NCBI GenBank assembly: GCA_963729895.1 | Contig: CAVSQB010000028.1 | Span: forward strand, 96,001-160,000 | Origin: an uncultured Fibrobacterota bacterium | Lineage (GTDB): Bacteria > Fibrobacterota > Chitinivibrionia > Chitinivibrionales > FEN-1185 | Direction of reading: 5' to 3' | DNA: 64,000 bases | Part shown: positions 51,110 to 60,155 of the stretch, in pieces | Position numbering within the stretch: the stretch's first letter is position 1 | Layout of the letters: the number at the start of each line of letters is the position of its first letter | Translations under genes and position numbers: made by a program | Notes under the pieces: generated by a model | The model's database searches: none | What the model was told of the DNA's origin: nothing | The model's input: only the letters and a program-made list of their open reading frames with translations

Positions 51110-52203
51110 CGGAGCATCACCGCTCCTTCCTGGATTTCAAAGTGAGGTAAATCCGCCAGACGGGGTTCCCGGTCCGATGGCGCCGTCACCAGGATCTGGC
51201 CGCGGTGTTCCAGAAGCGGGAAGACGCGGGAAGTCCTCGCTGCGTCCAGGTAGCTTACGGCGTCGTCGAAGAGGAATATCATGGCATCTTTACGGTATCG
51301 TTCGCTCAGGAGAACCGACGACATCCGGAGGGACAGCGCAACCGTGGTGCACTGCCCCAGCGAAGCAAACGACCGGGCGTCTTTGCCGTTTACAAGGAGC
51401 GCGATGTCGTCACGGTGGGGACCGACGGACGAATATCCCGCCCGGATATCCCTGCTTTTCGCGTTTCCCAGGCTGCTGAAAAATAGATTTTCCCAGTCTT
51501 TGCGGGAGTCCGATTCACAGAGGACCGAAGGTTTGTATTCCATTGACGCGGTCTCGCGATTCCCACTGATTTCCGCGTGGAAAGAGGCGAATACCGGCGC
51601 CATGGCGCCGCATATCTCTCGGCGTTTCTCAAAGACGAAGGCACCGTGACGAACCATGGCTTCTTCGTATACGTCAAGCTGGGCATCGCCGATCTTTCGC
51701 GCGAGCAGATGATTGCGGTGCGCAAGGCTCTTCCTGTACAGGATGAGCGATGACAAATAGGAAGGATCAATCTGGCTGATGAAAAGATCCAAAAAGCTCC
51801 TCCGGTCCCTCGGAATGCCCTGTACCAGTTTCGGGTCATCGGGGCCAAACGAGACGGCCATGCCGTGCCCGAGCCACTGTGAGAATGACGAAACCGGCCT
51901 GGCGTTGACCTTCATACTCACCTTTTGTTCCCGGTTGAACCCGATTGAAACCGGAATGTTCGCCACGTTTTCCCTATTTGAAAATGTGCCTTCAAGGTAG
52001 CAATAATCCGACGAAAAATTGATCAATTCGTTACGGCTCGATCCGCGCTGGGACCTGGCTGCGCACAGCAAAAAAACGGCTTCAAGAAGATTCGTCTTGC
52101 CGCTTCCATTTGGGCCTGTCAGTAGTGCACCTTTCTCCGGGACGTCCAGTGATAAGTCTTTGTAATTTCGAAAGTTATCAAGGTGCAAATGTGATACGAA
52201 CAT
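51106..52203 (-). CDS. recF: DNA replication/repair protein RecF
   Basis: NFRNY, GPNGSGKTNLLEA, RRSFLD, GPHRDD, SLGQ, LFDD. Confidence 0.95.
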   Translation of the reverse strand: MFVSHLHLDNFRNYKDLSLDVPEKGALLTGPNGSGKTNLLEAVFLLCAARSQRGSSRNELINFSSDYCYLEGTFSNRENVANIPVSIGFNREQKVSMKVNARPVSSFSQWLGHGMAVSFGPDDPKLVQGIPRDRRSFLDLFISQIDPSYLSSLILYRKSLAHRNHLLARKIGDAQLDVYEEAMVRHGAFVFEKRREICGAMAPVFASFHAEISGNRETASMEYKPSVLCESDSRKDWENLFFSSLGNAKSRDIRAGYSSVGPHRDDIALLVNGKDARSFASLGQCTTVALSLRMSSVLLSERYRKDAMIFLFDDAVSYLDAARTSRVFPLLEHRGQILVTAPSDREPRLADLPHFEIQEGAVMLR

Positions 52204-52553
52204 ACCCAATAAATATATATTATAGATATCTCATATATATAGTTTATTGGAGGCTGTGCAAAGAAATAATCGTCCGCTTTGTAAATAGGTTACCGGGCGC
52301 ACGGAAGCCGCAGGCGAAGCGGCCCCGGGATCGGTTTTCAGGCGTCACGCACGCCTGCCGTCGTACCCATCGATCCGAAACGAACGGATTTTTCGCGGTT
52401 AAGAATTTTTTGCTTGACTTGGTAAAAGCGTATGATTTTTATTATAACGGTAGTATGATCGGACCCGTCCGCGCAATGCAAATTCCCGGTCCCTTAGAAA
52501 GGGATGGGGAATTTTTGTTATTACGGGCGGGCAAACAACCTTGGAGGTTACCC

Positions 52554-53039
52554 GTGGACGATGGTCTTATCTACCTGAACAAGGAAGCCTACGACAAGCT
52601 GCAAGAACAGGTGACGGCGCTCAAGACCACCAGGCGGAAGGAAATATCCGTCCAGTTGCGCGACGCGCGCGTGCACGGCGATCTTGGGGAGAACGCCGAA
52701 TACGAAGCGGCAAAAGAAGCTCAAATATTCAATGAGATTCGGATCCGCGAACTGGAGGACAAGCTCGCACGTTCGCGGATAATCAAGGAGGAAGACCTGC
52801 CGGAGGGAATCGCGGTGCTCGGCACAACGGTAAAGATACGGGACATTGACACGGCGGAAGATATCGAGTACCTGCTGGTGTCCGAAGTGGAAGCCGATTT
52901 CGCGCAGGACAAGATATCGGTGTCGTCGCCCGTCGGCAAAGGGCTCTTGGGGCACAAGGAAGGCGAGAAGGTGGAAATAAAGGTGCCGTCCGGAATTCTC
53001 AAGTATGAGATCATGAAGATTTCAAGGACGGTGAGGTGA
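52554..53039 (+). CDS. greA: Transcription elongation factor GreA
   Basis: HGDLGENAEYEAAK, ISVSSPVGKGLLG; GGAGG RBS then GTG at 52554. Confidence 0.95.
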   Translation: MDDGLIYLNKEAYDKLQEQVTALKTTRRKEISVQLRDARVHGDLGENAEYEAAKEAQIFNEIRIRELEDKLARSRIIKEEDLPEGIAVLGTTVKIRDIDTAEDIEYLLVSEVEADFAQDKISVSSPVGKGLLGHKEGEKVEIKVPSGILKYEIMKISRTVR

Positions 53040-53093
53040 GGGAGGTTCGGAAGCTCGGGGACTCCCCAAACGACTGATTTTGTCAATCTCGGC

Positions 53094-53190
53094 GCCCCTC
53101 GCAGATCCCCCGAAGGGGAACTTATTGGAAGAGAAATTTAGATAACAGGCCGACCTCCTTGCAAGTCCCCCTTCGGGGGATTTAGGTGGC
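53094..53190. repeat. 97-bp MITE-like inverted-repeat element, copy 2
   Basis: Arms GCCCCTCGCAGATCCCCCGAAGGGGAACT and AGTCCCCCTTCGGGGGATTTAGGTGGC around a 41-bp core. Confidence 0.8.
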
Positions 53191-53231
53191 GGCATGAGCT
53201 ATCAAAGAGATGGCCGATTCCGCAAGTTCAC

Positions 53232-54368
53232 TTACATCAGCCTTCGCGTTACGCCGTCCGCCACCATCATTCCCGATTCCGAGAGCGTCCAAAGCGGCTT
53301 TTGATATTGCATGAGCCCTCGTTGCTGCAAGTCATCCAGTATGTTTCTCCTTTTTGATGAGTAAAACGCCTCGTTCGCCGCGTGCGCAAACGTTTCTTCA
53401 TTCAGTCCGTCCGTTGTCCGCAATCGCAGGAATATCATCTCGGAAACAAGTTTCTCGCGGTCGATGGTTTCCTCAAAATCGACAGGCCGATTCCCGCTTG
53501 CCAGCAGAGAAATGTACTGTTTCACATCGCCGATATTCGCCCATCTGCGCGGTTGAAGATACGAATGCGCGGCCGGCCCGAGCCCGATGTACGGAGAATG
53601 GTCCCAGTATGACTCGTTGTGCCTGCAGTGGTGGCCTGGTCTTGCGAAATTGGAAATTTCATAACGTTCGAACCCCGCATTTCTTGATGTGCTGACAAGC
53701 GTCCGCGTCATGTCGTACACGGCATCTTCGTCCGGAAGGGGCAGGTCTTTTGCCCGGCCAAACGGGGAGTTCTTGCACAGTGTCAATTCGTAGGCGGACA
53801 GATGGCGAACGCCGGGCGCTGAAAGCGCGGCGTTGAGCGAATGACTGAATGACTCCGGCGTCTGGTTCGGAAGCCCATACATAAGGTCGAGGCCGATCGA
53901 TTTGAAACCTGAAAGGAAGGGTGAAGCGAGTAGTGCGAGCGCCTGCGCCGAGGAATGCGACCGGCCCAAGAACTCCAGCTCGTTGTCACACAGAGATTGC
54001 ACGCCGAAGGTCAGCCTCGTCGCGCCGAAGGAGCGCCACAGCGCAGATTTCTCTTCAGTAAACGAGTCCGGGTTGCACTCGATAGTCAATTCGTAATCAT
54101 CCGCTATGGTGAGACCTCCGATCAGACGCGCATTGATGCGTTCCCACTGTTGCAAAGAAAGGACCGACGGCGTACCGCCGCCGAAGAAGATGGTTTTGAC
54201 ACAGCTGTCTTCAAGCGCCAGGCCTTTCTTCACAAGAAGCCATTCCTTTTCAAGCGCGGTGATGAATGCGTCGGCGAGGGATGTATCGTACGGAACGGAA
54301 TAGAAGTCGCAATAGAGGCATTTCTTCTTTGCGCAGAACGGGACGTGGATGTAGAGGGAGATGTTCAT
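53232..54368 (-). CDS. hemW: Radical SAM family heme chaperone HemW
   Basis: LYIHVPFC..CLYCDF, FFGGGTPS, YEISNFA, HNESYW, GLGPAAHS. Confidence 0.92.
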   Translation of the reverse strand: MNISLYIHVPFCAKKKCLYCDFYSVPYDTSLADAFITALEKEWLLVKKGLALEDSCVKTIFFGGGTPSVLSLQQWERINARLIGGLTIADDYELTIECNPDSFTEEKSALWRSFGATRLTFGVQSLCDNELEFLGRSHSSAQALALLASPFLSGFKSIGLDLMYGLPNQTPESFSHSLNAALSAPGVRHLSAYELTLCKNSPFGRAKDLPLPDEDAVYDMTRTLVSTSRNAGFERYEISNFARPGHHCRHNESYWDHSPYIGLGPAAHSYLQPRRWANIGDVKQYISLLASGNRPVDFEETIDREKLVSEMIFLRLRTTDGLNEETFAHAANEAFYSSKRRNILDDLQQRGLMQYQKPLWTLSESGMMVADGVTRRLM

Positions 54369-54441
54369 TGCCAAAACAGCGGTTAAGGATTGGGAAGTCT
54401 AATTGAAAAATAGATGAAAAACGTGAGAAGATGACGGCCGC

Positions 54442-54814
54442 TAATACGATTCTGGTTTGCTGAGCCGGTGTGGCAAATTCTGGATACGAATATGATTCTG
54501 GATTGCTGAGCGTGTGCAGCGAGGCACCTTCAGGGGCGAGACCGAAACGCCTGCTGCGCGCACACTAGAAACACCCGGTTAACAAAATCCAAGACCAAAT
54601 ACAGGGCCTCTGGTCTTCCAGCCGCAGCTGTGCCACTGAGGGAAAAACCTACAATACCTTTGCGTTTTTGTTTCTTGCGTTAGGCACGACCGCAAGGTGT
54701 GCAGAAGCACAGTGCCGGTCGGCCCCGCCGAAGGCATAGGGGCGATCCGGCACCGAGGCTGAAAAGCCGAGCCAGGAGGGAGGGCCGACCCGAGCGAAGC
54801 GAGGGAACGCCCAA
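54442..54814 (-). repeat. Modular intergenic repeat, copy D (most complete: X+Y+Z+2 W units)
   Basis: Reverse complement reads GGGCGTTCCC...GCCTCGGTGCCGGATCGCCCCTATGCC...GCCTAACGCAAGAAACAAAAACGCAAAGGTATT...GTTAACCGGGTG...GCTCAGCAATCCAGAATCATA. Confidence 0.9.
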
Positions 54815-54892
54815 AACCACTGTCAACTTTCAAGAAAAGCCGGATTCCCTCTGCCGAATTTCTTTATGAGAAAAGAGGAAAAGAAGCAGCAA

Positions 54893-57265
54893 TCAGCCGC
54901 ACTTCGAATACCCGCATGTCTTGCACACTGCGCAGCCTTCTTCGTGCACCAGAATGGTGCCGCACTGCGGGCACTGCGGGCAAAAACCCATGTCCAGGCC
55001 GGTGTACTGGATTTTGGTGACGGTGCCGGTGTCATGTGTGCCCTCAAAATCCGCTATGCCCTGTTCCAGAACATGGCCGATTGCGTCTGCGCACGACAGG
55101 ATCATTTCGCCGTCCATCCACGTGGGAATGGGACAGCGTATGCCGCGCAACTGCTCCGCAATTGATTTCGGATCCACGCCCGCCCGAAGCGACAGCGATA
55201 TGAGGCGGGAAACGGCTTCGGAGTTGGATGCGGGACAGCCGCCTGATTTTCCCATCTGCGTGAATATCTCGCACAGGCCAACGCTGTCCGCGTTGACATT
55301 GACATACAGGTTACCGCAGCCCGTTTTTGTCTTGTAGGTGCGGCCGTGCGTGACGGCCGGCCGGGGCCTTGGATGAATGGAACCGGGCGCTGCGACGTTG
55401 ATGTCGACCTGGGTGGCGCCTTTCTTTGCGGAGGTCCCCGACGTGATCACCTGGTTCTTCCTCGTGCCGTCGCGGTATACGGTGACGCCCTTGCATCCGA
55501 GTTCGTAGGCGTACAAAAAGACCTCCTCGACGTCCTTTGCCGTTGCCTCGTTCTTGAAGTTGACGGTCTTCGACACCGCGTTGTCGGTGTATTTCTGGAA
55601 CGCAGCCTGGATGCTGATGTGCCACCGCGGCTCGATATCGTGCGCGGTAACAAAAACATCGCGTATGCGTTTTGGAATTCCGTAAATCTTGTGCAGACTG
55701 CCCGAGAAGGCCACCATTTTCATCAGCTCGTCGGAATAGAAGCCTTCTTCCTGTGCAACGCGCTTGAATTCGGGATGCACTTCAAGCAGGTGCTGGCCGT
55801 CGAGCACATTTTTCTCGTAGACAATTGCAAACAGGGGTTCGATGCCGCTCGACGCGCCGGCGATCATGCTGATGGTGCCTGTGGGTGCGATCGTGGTTAC
55901 CGTGGCGTTGCGCACTTTGAGGCCGCCTTCCCTGTCGTACACGGAACCCTTGAAGTTTGGGAACACGCCGCGTTCCTGCGCGAGAAACGCGCTCACGCGC
56001 TTCGCTTCCTCGTGGATGAATTTCATCACCTGCTCCGCGACGTTTGCCGCCGCGGGAGAATTGTACTGGATGCCGAGGTCGATGAGCAGGTCGGCAAACC
56101 CCATCACGCCCAGCCCGATCTTCCGGTTGCCTTTTGTCATCTTTTCAATCTGCGGCAGGGGGTAGGAATTCACTTCGATCACGTTGTCGAGGAACCGCAC
56201 CGCGGTGCGGATCGTGTTTCCCAACTTGAGGTAGTTGATTTCCTTCTTGCCGTCGGTTTCCGCAATCATGTGCGCGAGATTGACGGACCCGAGATTGCAC
56301 GATTCGTAGGGGAGCAGCGGCTGCTCGCCGCACGGGTTGGTGCTTTCGATCTCGCCCAGGTGCGGCGTCGGGTTGTCGGCATTGATCTTGTCAAGAAATA
56401 CGATCCCCGGTTCGCCGTTTTTCCAGGAGAGCTCCACAATGCGCTTGAACACCGTGGATGCCTTTAGTTTGCCCACCGGCTCGCCCGAGCGCGGGTTCTT
56501 GAGGTCGTATTCGGTGTCGCGTTTGAGCGCTTCCATGAAATCCTTGGTGATTCCTACCGAGATGTTGAAGTTGGAAAGCACGCCGTCGTGCTCCTTTATC
56601 TCGATAAAATCCATGATCTCCGGATGGGTGCAGTTGAGGATACCCATGTTCGCCCCGCGACGCGTTCCGCCCTGCTTTACCGTTTCGGTGGCGATGTCGA
56701 ACACCCGCATGAACGAAAGCGGTCCGCTCGACACTCCCTTGGTGGATTTCACCATGTCGTTTTTGGGTCGGATGTGCGAGAAGGAGAACCCCGTGCCGCC
56801 GCCGCTCTTGTGGATGAGGGCGGTATTCTTGACGGATTCGAAAATTTCCTCCATGGAGTCGCCCACGGGCAGCACGAAGCAAGCGGAGAGCTGCTGCAAT
56901 TCGCGGCCGGCGTTCATGAGGGTGGGCGAGTTGGGAAGGAAATCGAGGTCGGTCATGACGTTGTAAAACTTCTCGGTCCAGATGTCCATGGATGCATCCG
57001 AAGCGAATTTCCTCTCCGCGCTTGCGATGTTTTCCGCGATGCGGAAAAACATTTCCTCCGGCTGTTCGATGACAAGGCCGTTGTCGTCCTTTCTCAAGTA
57101 CCGTTTTTCGAGCACCACCCGTGCGTTGTCGGACAGCTTGACTCTTTTCTTCATGAGCCGGTCTCTCAGTGACTCGCTTTTGTCTTCAGGTTCAGGCGCG
57201 CTGGGACGAACCACCGCCGACTTCACGGTCTTGTTTGCAGTTCCGAATGATGCTTCTGTCGACAT
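54893..57265 (-). CDS. nrdJ: Class II (adenosylcobalamin-dependent) ribonucleotide reductase with TSCPD-type C-terminal domain and Zn ribbon
   Basis: PNSPTLMNAG, LSACFV, QGGTRRGA, TNPCGE, TIAPTGT, VSKTVN, TGCGNLYV, CPQC..CKTCGYSKC; no ATP cone. Confidence 0.95.
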   Translation of the reverse strand: MSTEASFGTANKTVKSAVVRPSAPEPEDKSESLRDRLMKKRVKLSDNARVVLEKRYLRKDDNGLVIEQPEEMFFRIAENIASAERKFASDASMDIWTEKFYNVMTDLDFLPNSPTLMNAGRELQQLSACFVLPVGDSMEEIFESVKNTALIHKSGGGTGFSFSHIRPKNDMVKSTKGVSSGPLSFMRVFDIATETVKQGGTRRGANMGILNCTHPEIMDFIEIKEHDGVLSNFNISVGITKDFMEALKRDTEYDLKNPRSGEPVGKLKASTVFKRIVELSWKNGEPGIVFLDKINADNPTPHLGEIESTNPCGEQPLLPYESCNLGSVNLAHMIAETDGKKEINYLKLGNTIRTAVRFLDNVIEVNSYPLPQIEKMTKGNRKIGLGVMGFADLLIDLGIQYNSPAAANVAEQVMKFIHEEAKRVSAFLAQERGVFPNFKGSVYDREGGLKVRNATVTTIAPTGTISMIAGASSGIEPLFAIVYEKNVLDGQHLLEVHPEFKRVAQEEGFYSDELMKMVAFSGSLHKIYGIPKRIRDVFVTAHDIEPRWHISIQAAFQKYTDNAVSKTVNFKNEATAKDVEEVFLYAYELGCKGVTVYRDGTRKNQVITSGTSAKKGATQVDINVAAPGSIHPRPRPAVTHGRTYKTKTGCGNLYVNVNADSVGLCEIFTQMGKSGGCPASNSEAVSRLISLSLRAGVDPKSIAEQLRGIRCPIPTWMDGEMILSCADAIGHVLEQGIADFEGTHDTGTVTKIQYTGLDMGFCPQCPQCGTILVHEEGCAVCKTCGYSKCG

Positions 57266-57416
57266 TTTTACTTACTCCTTCTGAAGGGAAATCCAGGGTG
57301 CACAATATAACGACGTGCTCTGCCGCGCCTGGTTCCCTATACTACGATTTTACGAGGGGCGTGTTTCTAAAAATATTAATAGAGCCGGTGTGGGTCAAGG
57401 CCAAAACAGCCAGACA

Positions 57417-57463
57417 ACACAATATATGGTATAGACTTTGCTAAGCCCAAGCACATGTTGTGT
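57417..57463 (-). promoter_or_regulatory. Tandem NrdR boxes upstream of nrdJ
   Basis: ACACAATATATGGTAT (57417-57432) and CAAGCACATGTTGTGT (57448-57463), starts 31 bp apart; they resemble the acaCwAtATaTwGtgt consensus. Confidence 0.75.
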
Positions 57464-57505
57464 TGTTTTACTCCGCCTTTCCGTGAAAGGCACACCCAAG
57501 GGAAG

Positions 57506-57682
57506 TTATTAATCCGGTCATTATAGTGGTGACAATTTTACTCTTCAAAAACGCTTGCCGAGTACCGCTCCGCCTCGATACGCCCAAAGGGCCACGGGGC
57601 GAGCGGTGCATCGAGGCAAGCGCCAAGGGAAAATAAGGCAACCAAAAACCAAGGCTAACCTATTTAATGACCGGATTAATAA
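57506..57682. mobile_element. 177-bp MITE-like element with perfect 18-bp terminal inverted repeats
   Basis: TTATTAATCCGGTCATTA (57506-57523) and TAATGACCGGATTAATAA (57665-57682); internal GC-rich nested hairpin GCTTGCC...GGCAAGC. Confidence 0.7.
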
Positions 57683-57743
57683 TTCGCTGCGTACCCAATA
57701 GTGTATTTTAATTCATCATCAATCAACAAAAGGAGCGCCCTGC

Positions 57744-58842
57744 ATGGCCGAGAAACTGGAAAAGAATCATCTGGCTGAACTTGCGGAACGTGTCGATAAC
57801 CTGCGGAGGTATCTTTGACGTCGATGAGAAGAGGAAATCGCTTGCCGAAAGCGAACTCGACACCGCAAAGGAAGGGTTCTGGAACGATAACGAAAAAGCC
57901 CAGGTAACGCTTAAGAAAATAAAAGCCCTCAAAGACGTCATCACGCTGTGGGACAAAACGAAAAAAGACAGCGATGACATCCAAGAACTATTCACTCTTT
58001 CCAAAGACGACAACGACCCTGCCGTCGCGGCCGAACTCGCAGAGCATGCCGGCGCTCTCGAAAAGGAAGTGGCGCATCTCGAGTTTGTGCGCAAGCTTTC
58101 CGGCGAAGACGACAACAAGCCGGCCATTCTCACGGTGCACAGCGGCGCCGGGGGCACCGAGAGCTGCGATTGGTGCGACATGCTGTTCCGCATGTACTGC
58201 CGATGGATGGAAAGAAAAGGTTTTTCGTATTCCGTGCTCGACAGCCAGCCCGGCGAAGGCGCGGGCCTCAAGAGCGTGACCGCGGAGGTGCAGGGCGAGT
58301 ACGTATTCGGCCATCTCAAGGCCGAGTGCGGGGTGCACCGGCTTGTGCGCATTTCACCCTTTGATGCAAACGCGCGTCGCCACACCTCCTTCGCCTCGGT
58401 ATACTCGTACCCGATGATCGAAAATGCCGACGAATTTGAGCTTGACGAAAAAGATATCCGCATCGACACCTACCGCGCCAGCGGTGCGGGCGGCCAGCAC
58501 GTCAACAAAACCGACTCGGCGGTGCGTATGACGCATATCCCCACCAATATCGTGGTGGCGTGCCAGAACGAGCGCTCCCAGCTCAAGAACCGCGACGTTG
58601 CCATGAAGGTCCTCAAATCGCGGGTGAAACAATTCTACAAGGAACAGGATGAGAAGAAGCGCACCGACAAGCTTGCGGTAAAGAAGAAAATCGAATGGGG
58701 GAGCCAAATACGGTCGTATGTCCTTCATCCGTACAATCTGGTGAAGGACCACAGGACCGAGGTCGAGACGTCGAATGCGCTGGGTGTACTTGACGGGGAT
58801 ATCGACATGTTTATTGAAGCCTATTTGTTGAATTTCCAATAG
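57744..58842 (+). CDS. prfB: Peptide chain release factor 2, programmed +1 frameshift at CTT-TGA-C (57813-57819)
   Basis: ORF1 MAEKLEKNHLAELAERVDNLRRYL-stop, internal SD GGAGG 3 nt before CTT TGA C; ORF2 has the SPF tripeptide and GGQ. Confidence 0.97.
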
Positions 58843-58860
58843 GTCAATGTATGATTAACA

Positions 58861-59078
58861 TGGGCGTTCCCCCGGTCCGTAGGGGCAGGTTTCAAACCTG
58901 CCCCTACGGACCGGGCTTGGCCTGTCGGCCTCGGTGCCGGATCGCCCTATGCCGCTGTGTCTCGATATACCGCTCCCCGAGTGTCCCGCAGGGATTTATC
59001 GAGGGGAGCGGCACTCGACAATCAGCGGCGGGCCGGGTCGACCTGCACTGCGCTTCAGCACCACTACCGCACCCTTAC
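58861..59078 (+). repeat. Modular intergenic repeat, copy E (module X with two inserted palindromes)
   Basis: GGGCGTTCCC...GCCTCGGTGCCGGATCGCCCTATGCC...GGTCGACCTGCACTGCGCTTCAGCAC aligns with copy D; contains a perfect 45-bp GTAG palindrome at 58871-58915. Confidence 0.82.
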
Positions 59079-59177
59079 AAAATTATTATGAGAAGCTCCC
59101 GACGCAGTTGGAGCGAAGGCCGGGTGTGAACGAGGCTCGCCAAATTCCGTAAAGTGAAAACAAGGGAGGAGGGCAAT

Positions 59178-59936
59178 ATGCCCGCATCACGCAGAGAAAT
59201 CGTGAATTACCTCAACAATCTCCTCGAAATCGACAAAATCAAGGACTCCTCCTGCAACGGCCTTCAGGTGCAGGGCGAAAAAACAATTAGGCGGGTGGGC
59301 CTGGCGGTTGACGCGTGCATGGCGGTTTACAGGAAGGCGGCTGCACAGAGATGCCAGATGGTGATCGTGCATCATGGCTTGATTTGGAACGGACTCACGA
59401 GCATAACCGGCGCGCCCTACCAACAGGTGAGGTACCTGATCAGCCGCGGTCTCAACCTGTACGCCGCGCATCTCCCCCTCGACATACATCCCGAAGTGGG
59501 GAACAACATCATTCTTGCAAAGGCCTTGGAGCTATCTTCCATCAAAGCATTCGGCAACTACCGGGGCTTGCTCATCGGTTGCCAAGGCGTTTTGCCTTCG
59601 GCAACCTCGCCCGATGACCTGGGCCGCGCGTGCGGAAGAATTCTGGGTGGCGGATTCTCAACCCTTCCGTTCGGGAAGAAAAAATGCAGGACGCTCGCGA
59701 TTGTATCCGGCGGCGGGTCGGATGCCATTCCCGAGGCGATTGACAAAGCGATAGACTGCTTCATCACGGGAGAGCCTTCTCACTGGAACCACCATGCCGC
59801 TCTTGAAGCCGGCCTCAATGTGATCTATCTCGGCCATTACCACTCGGAGACGCCCGGCGTCAGAGCGGTTGGGAAAAAGTTGGAAAAGGAGTTTGACGTG
59901 GAGACCGTTTTTGTCAACGAGCCGACATTGGTTTGA
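59178..59936 (+). CDS. Nif3-like dinuclear metal center hexameric protein (YbgI/DUF34)
   Basis: NGLQVQG, VHHGL, AHLPLDIHPEVGNN, FITGE, GHYHSE; GGAGG RBS. Confidence 0.95.
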   Translation: MPASRREIVNYLNNLLEIDKIKDSSCNGLQVQGEKTIRRVGLAVDACMAVYRKAAAQRCQMVIVHHGLIWNGLTSITGAPYQQVRYLISRGLNLYAAHLPLDIHPEVGNNIILAKALELSSIKAFGNYRGLLIGCQGVLPSATSPDDLGRACGRILGGGFSTLPFGKKKCRTLAIVSGGGSDAIPEAIDKAIDCFITGEPSHWNHHAALEAGLNVIYLGHYHSETPGVRAVGKKLEKEFDVETVFVNEPTLV

Positions 59937-60155
59937 AAGCGCTCTGTTGACACGCCGCCAAAGCCCCGTCGACGCACCAAGCAAAAGTCAAGAATCATTC
60001 AGGATCCTCGTAATCCTGGCATTTGTTTGATATTAAGTGTATTTTTTCTCCATGGTAATTCGCATCGAAACGTCCTCGTTTGAGGCGACGTCCTGCATGC
60101 CGCCGTTTCCAATGCCGATCCCAGTAATTTCGGGAGATACTATCCGGAGAGATCT

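Noticed and set aside
52210..52450. Replication origin upstream of recF
   Set aside because: Short AT-rich tract only; no DnaA-box cluster and no dnaA or dnaN nearby
54575..54685. Integron attC site (GCCTAAC ... GTTAACC in module Y)
   Set aside because: Core-like ends are present, but L-box complementarity is poor, copy A has GTTCAAC, and there is no integrase or cassette array
57266..57500. Cobalamin riboswitch upstream of nrdJ
   Set aside because: No B12-box or other conserved riboswitch elements recognised; NrdR boxes explain the region
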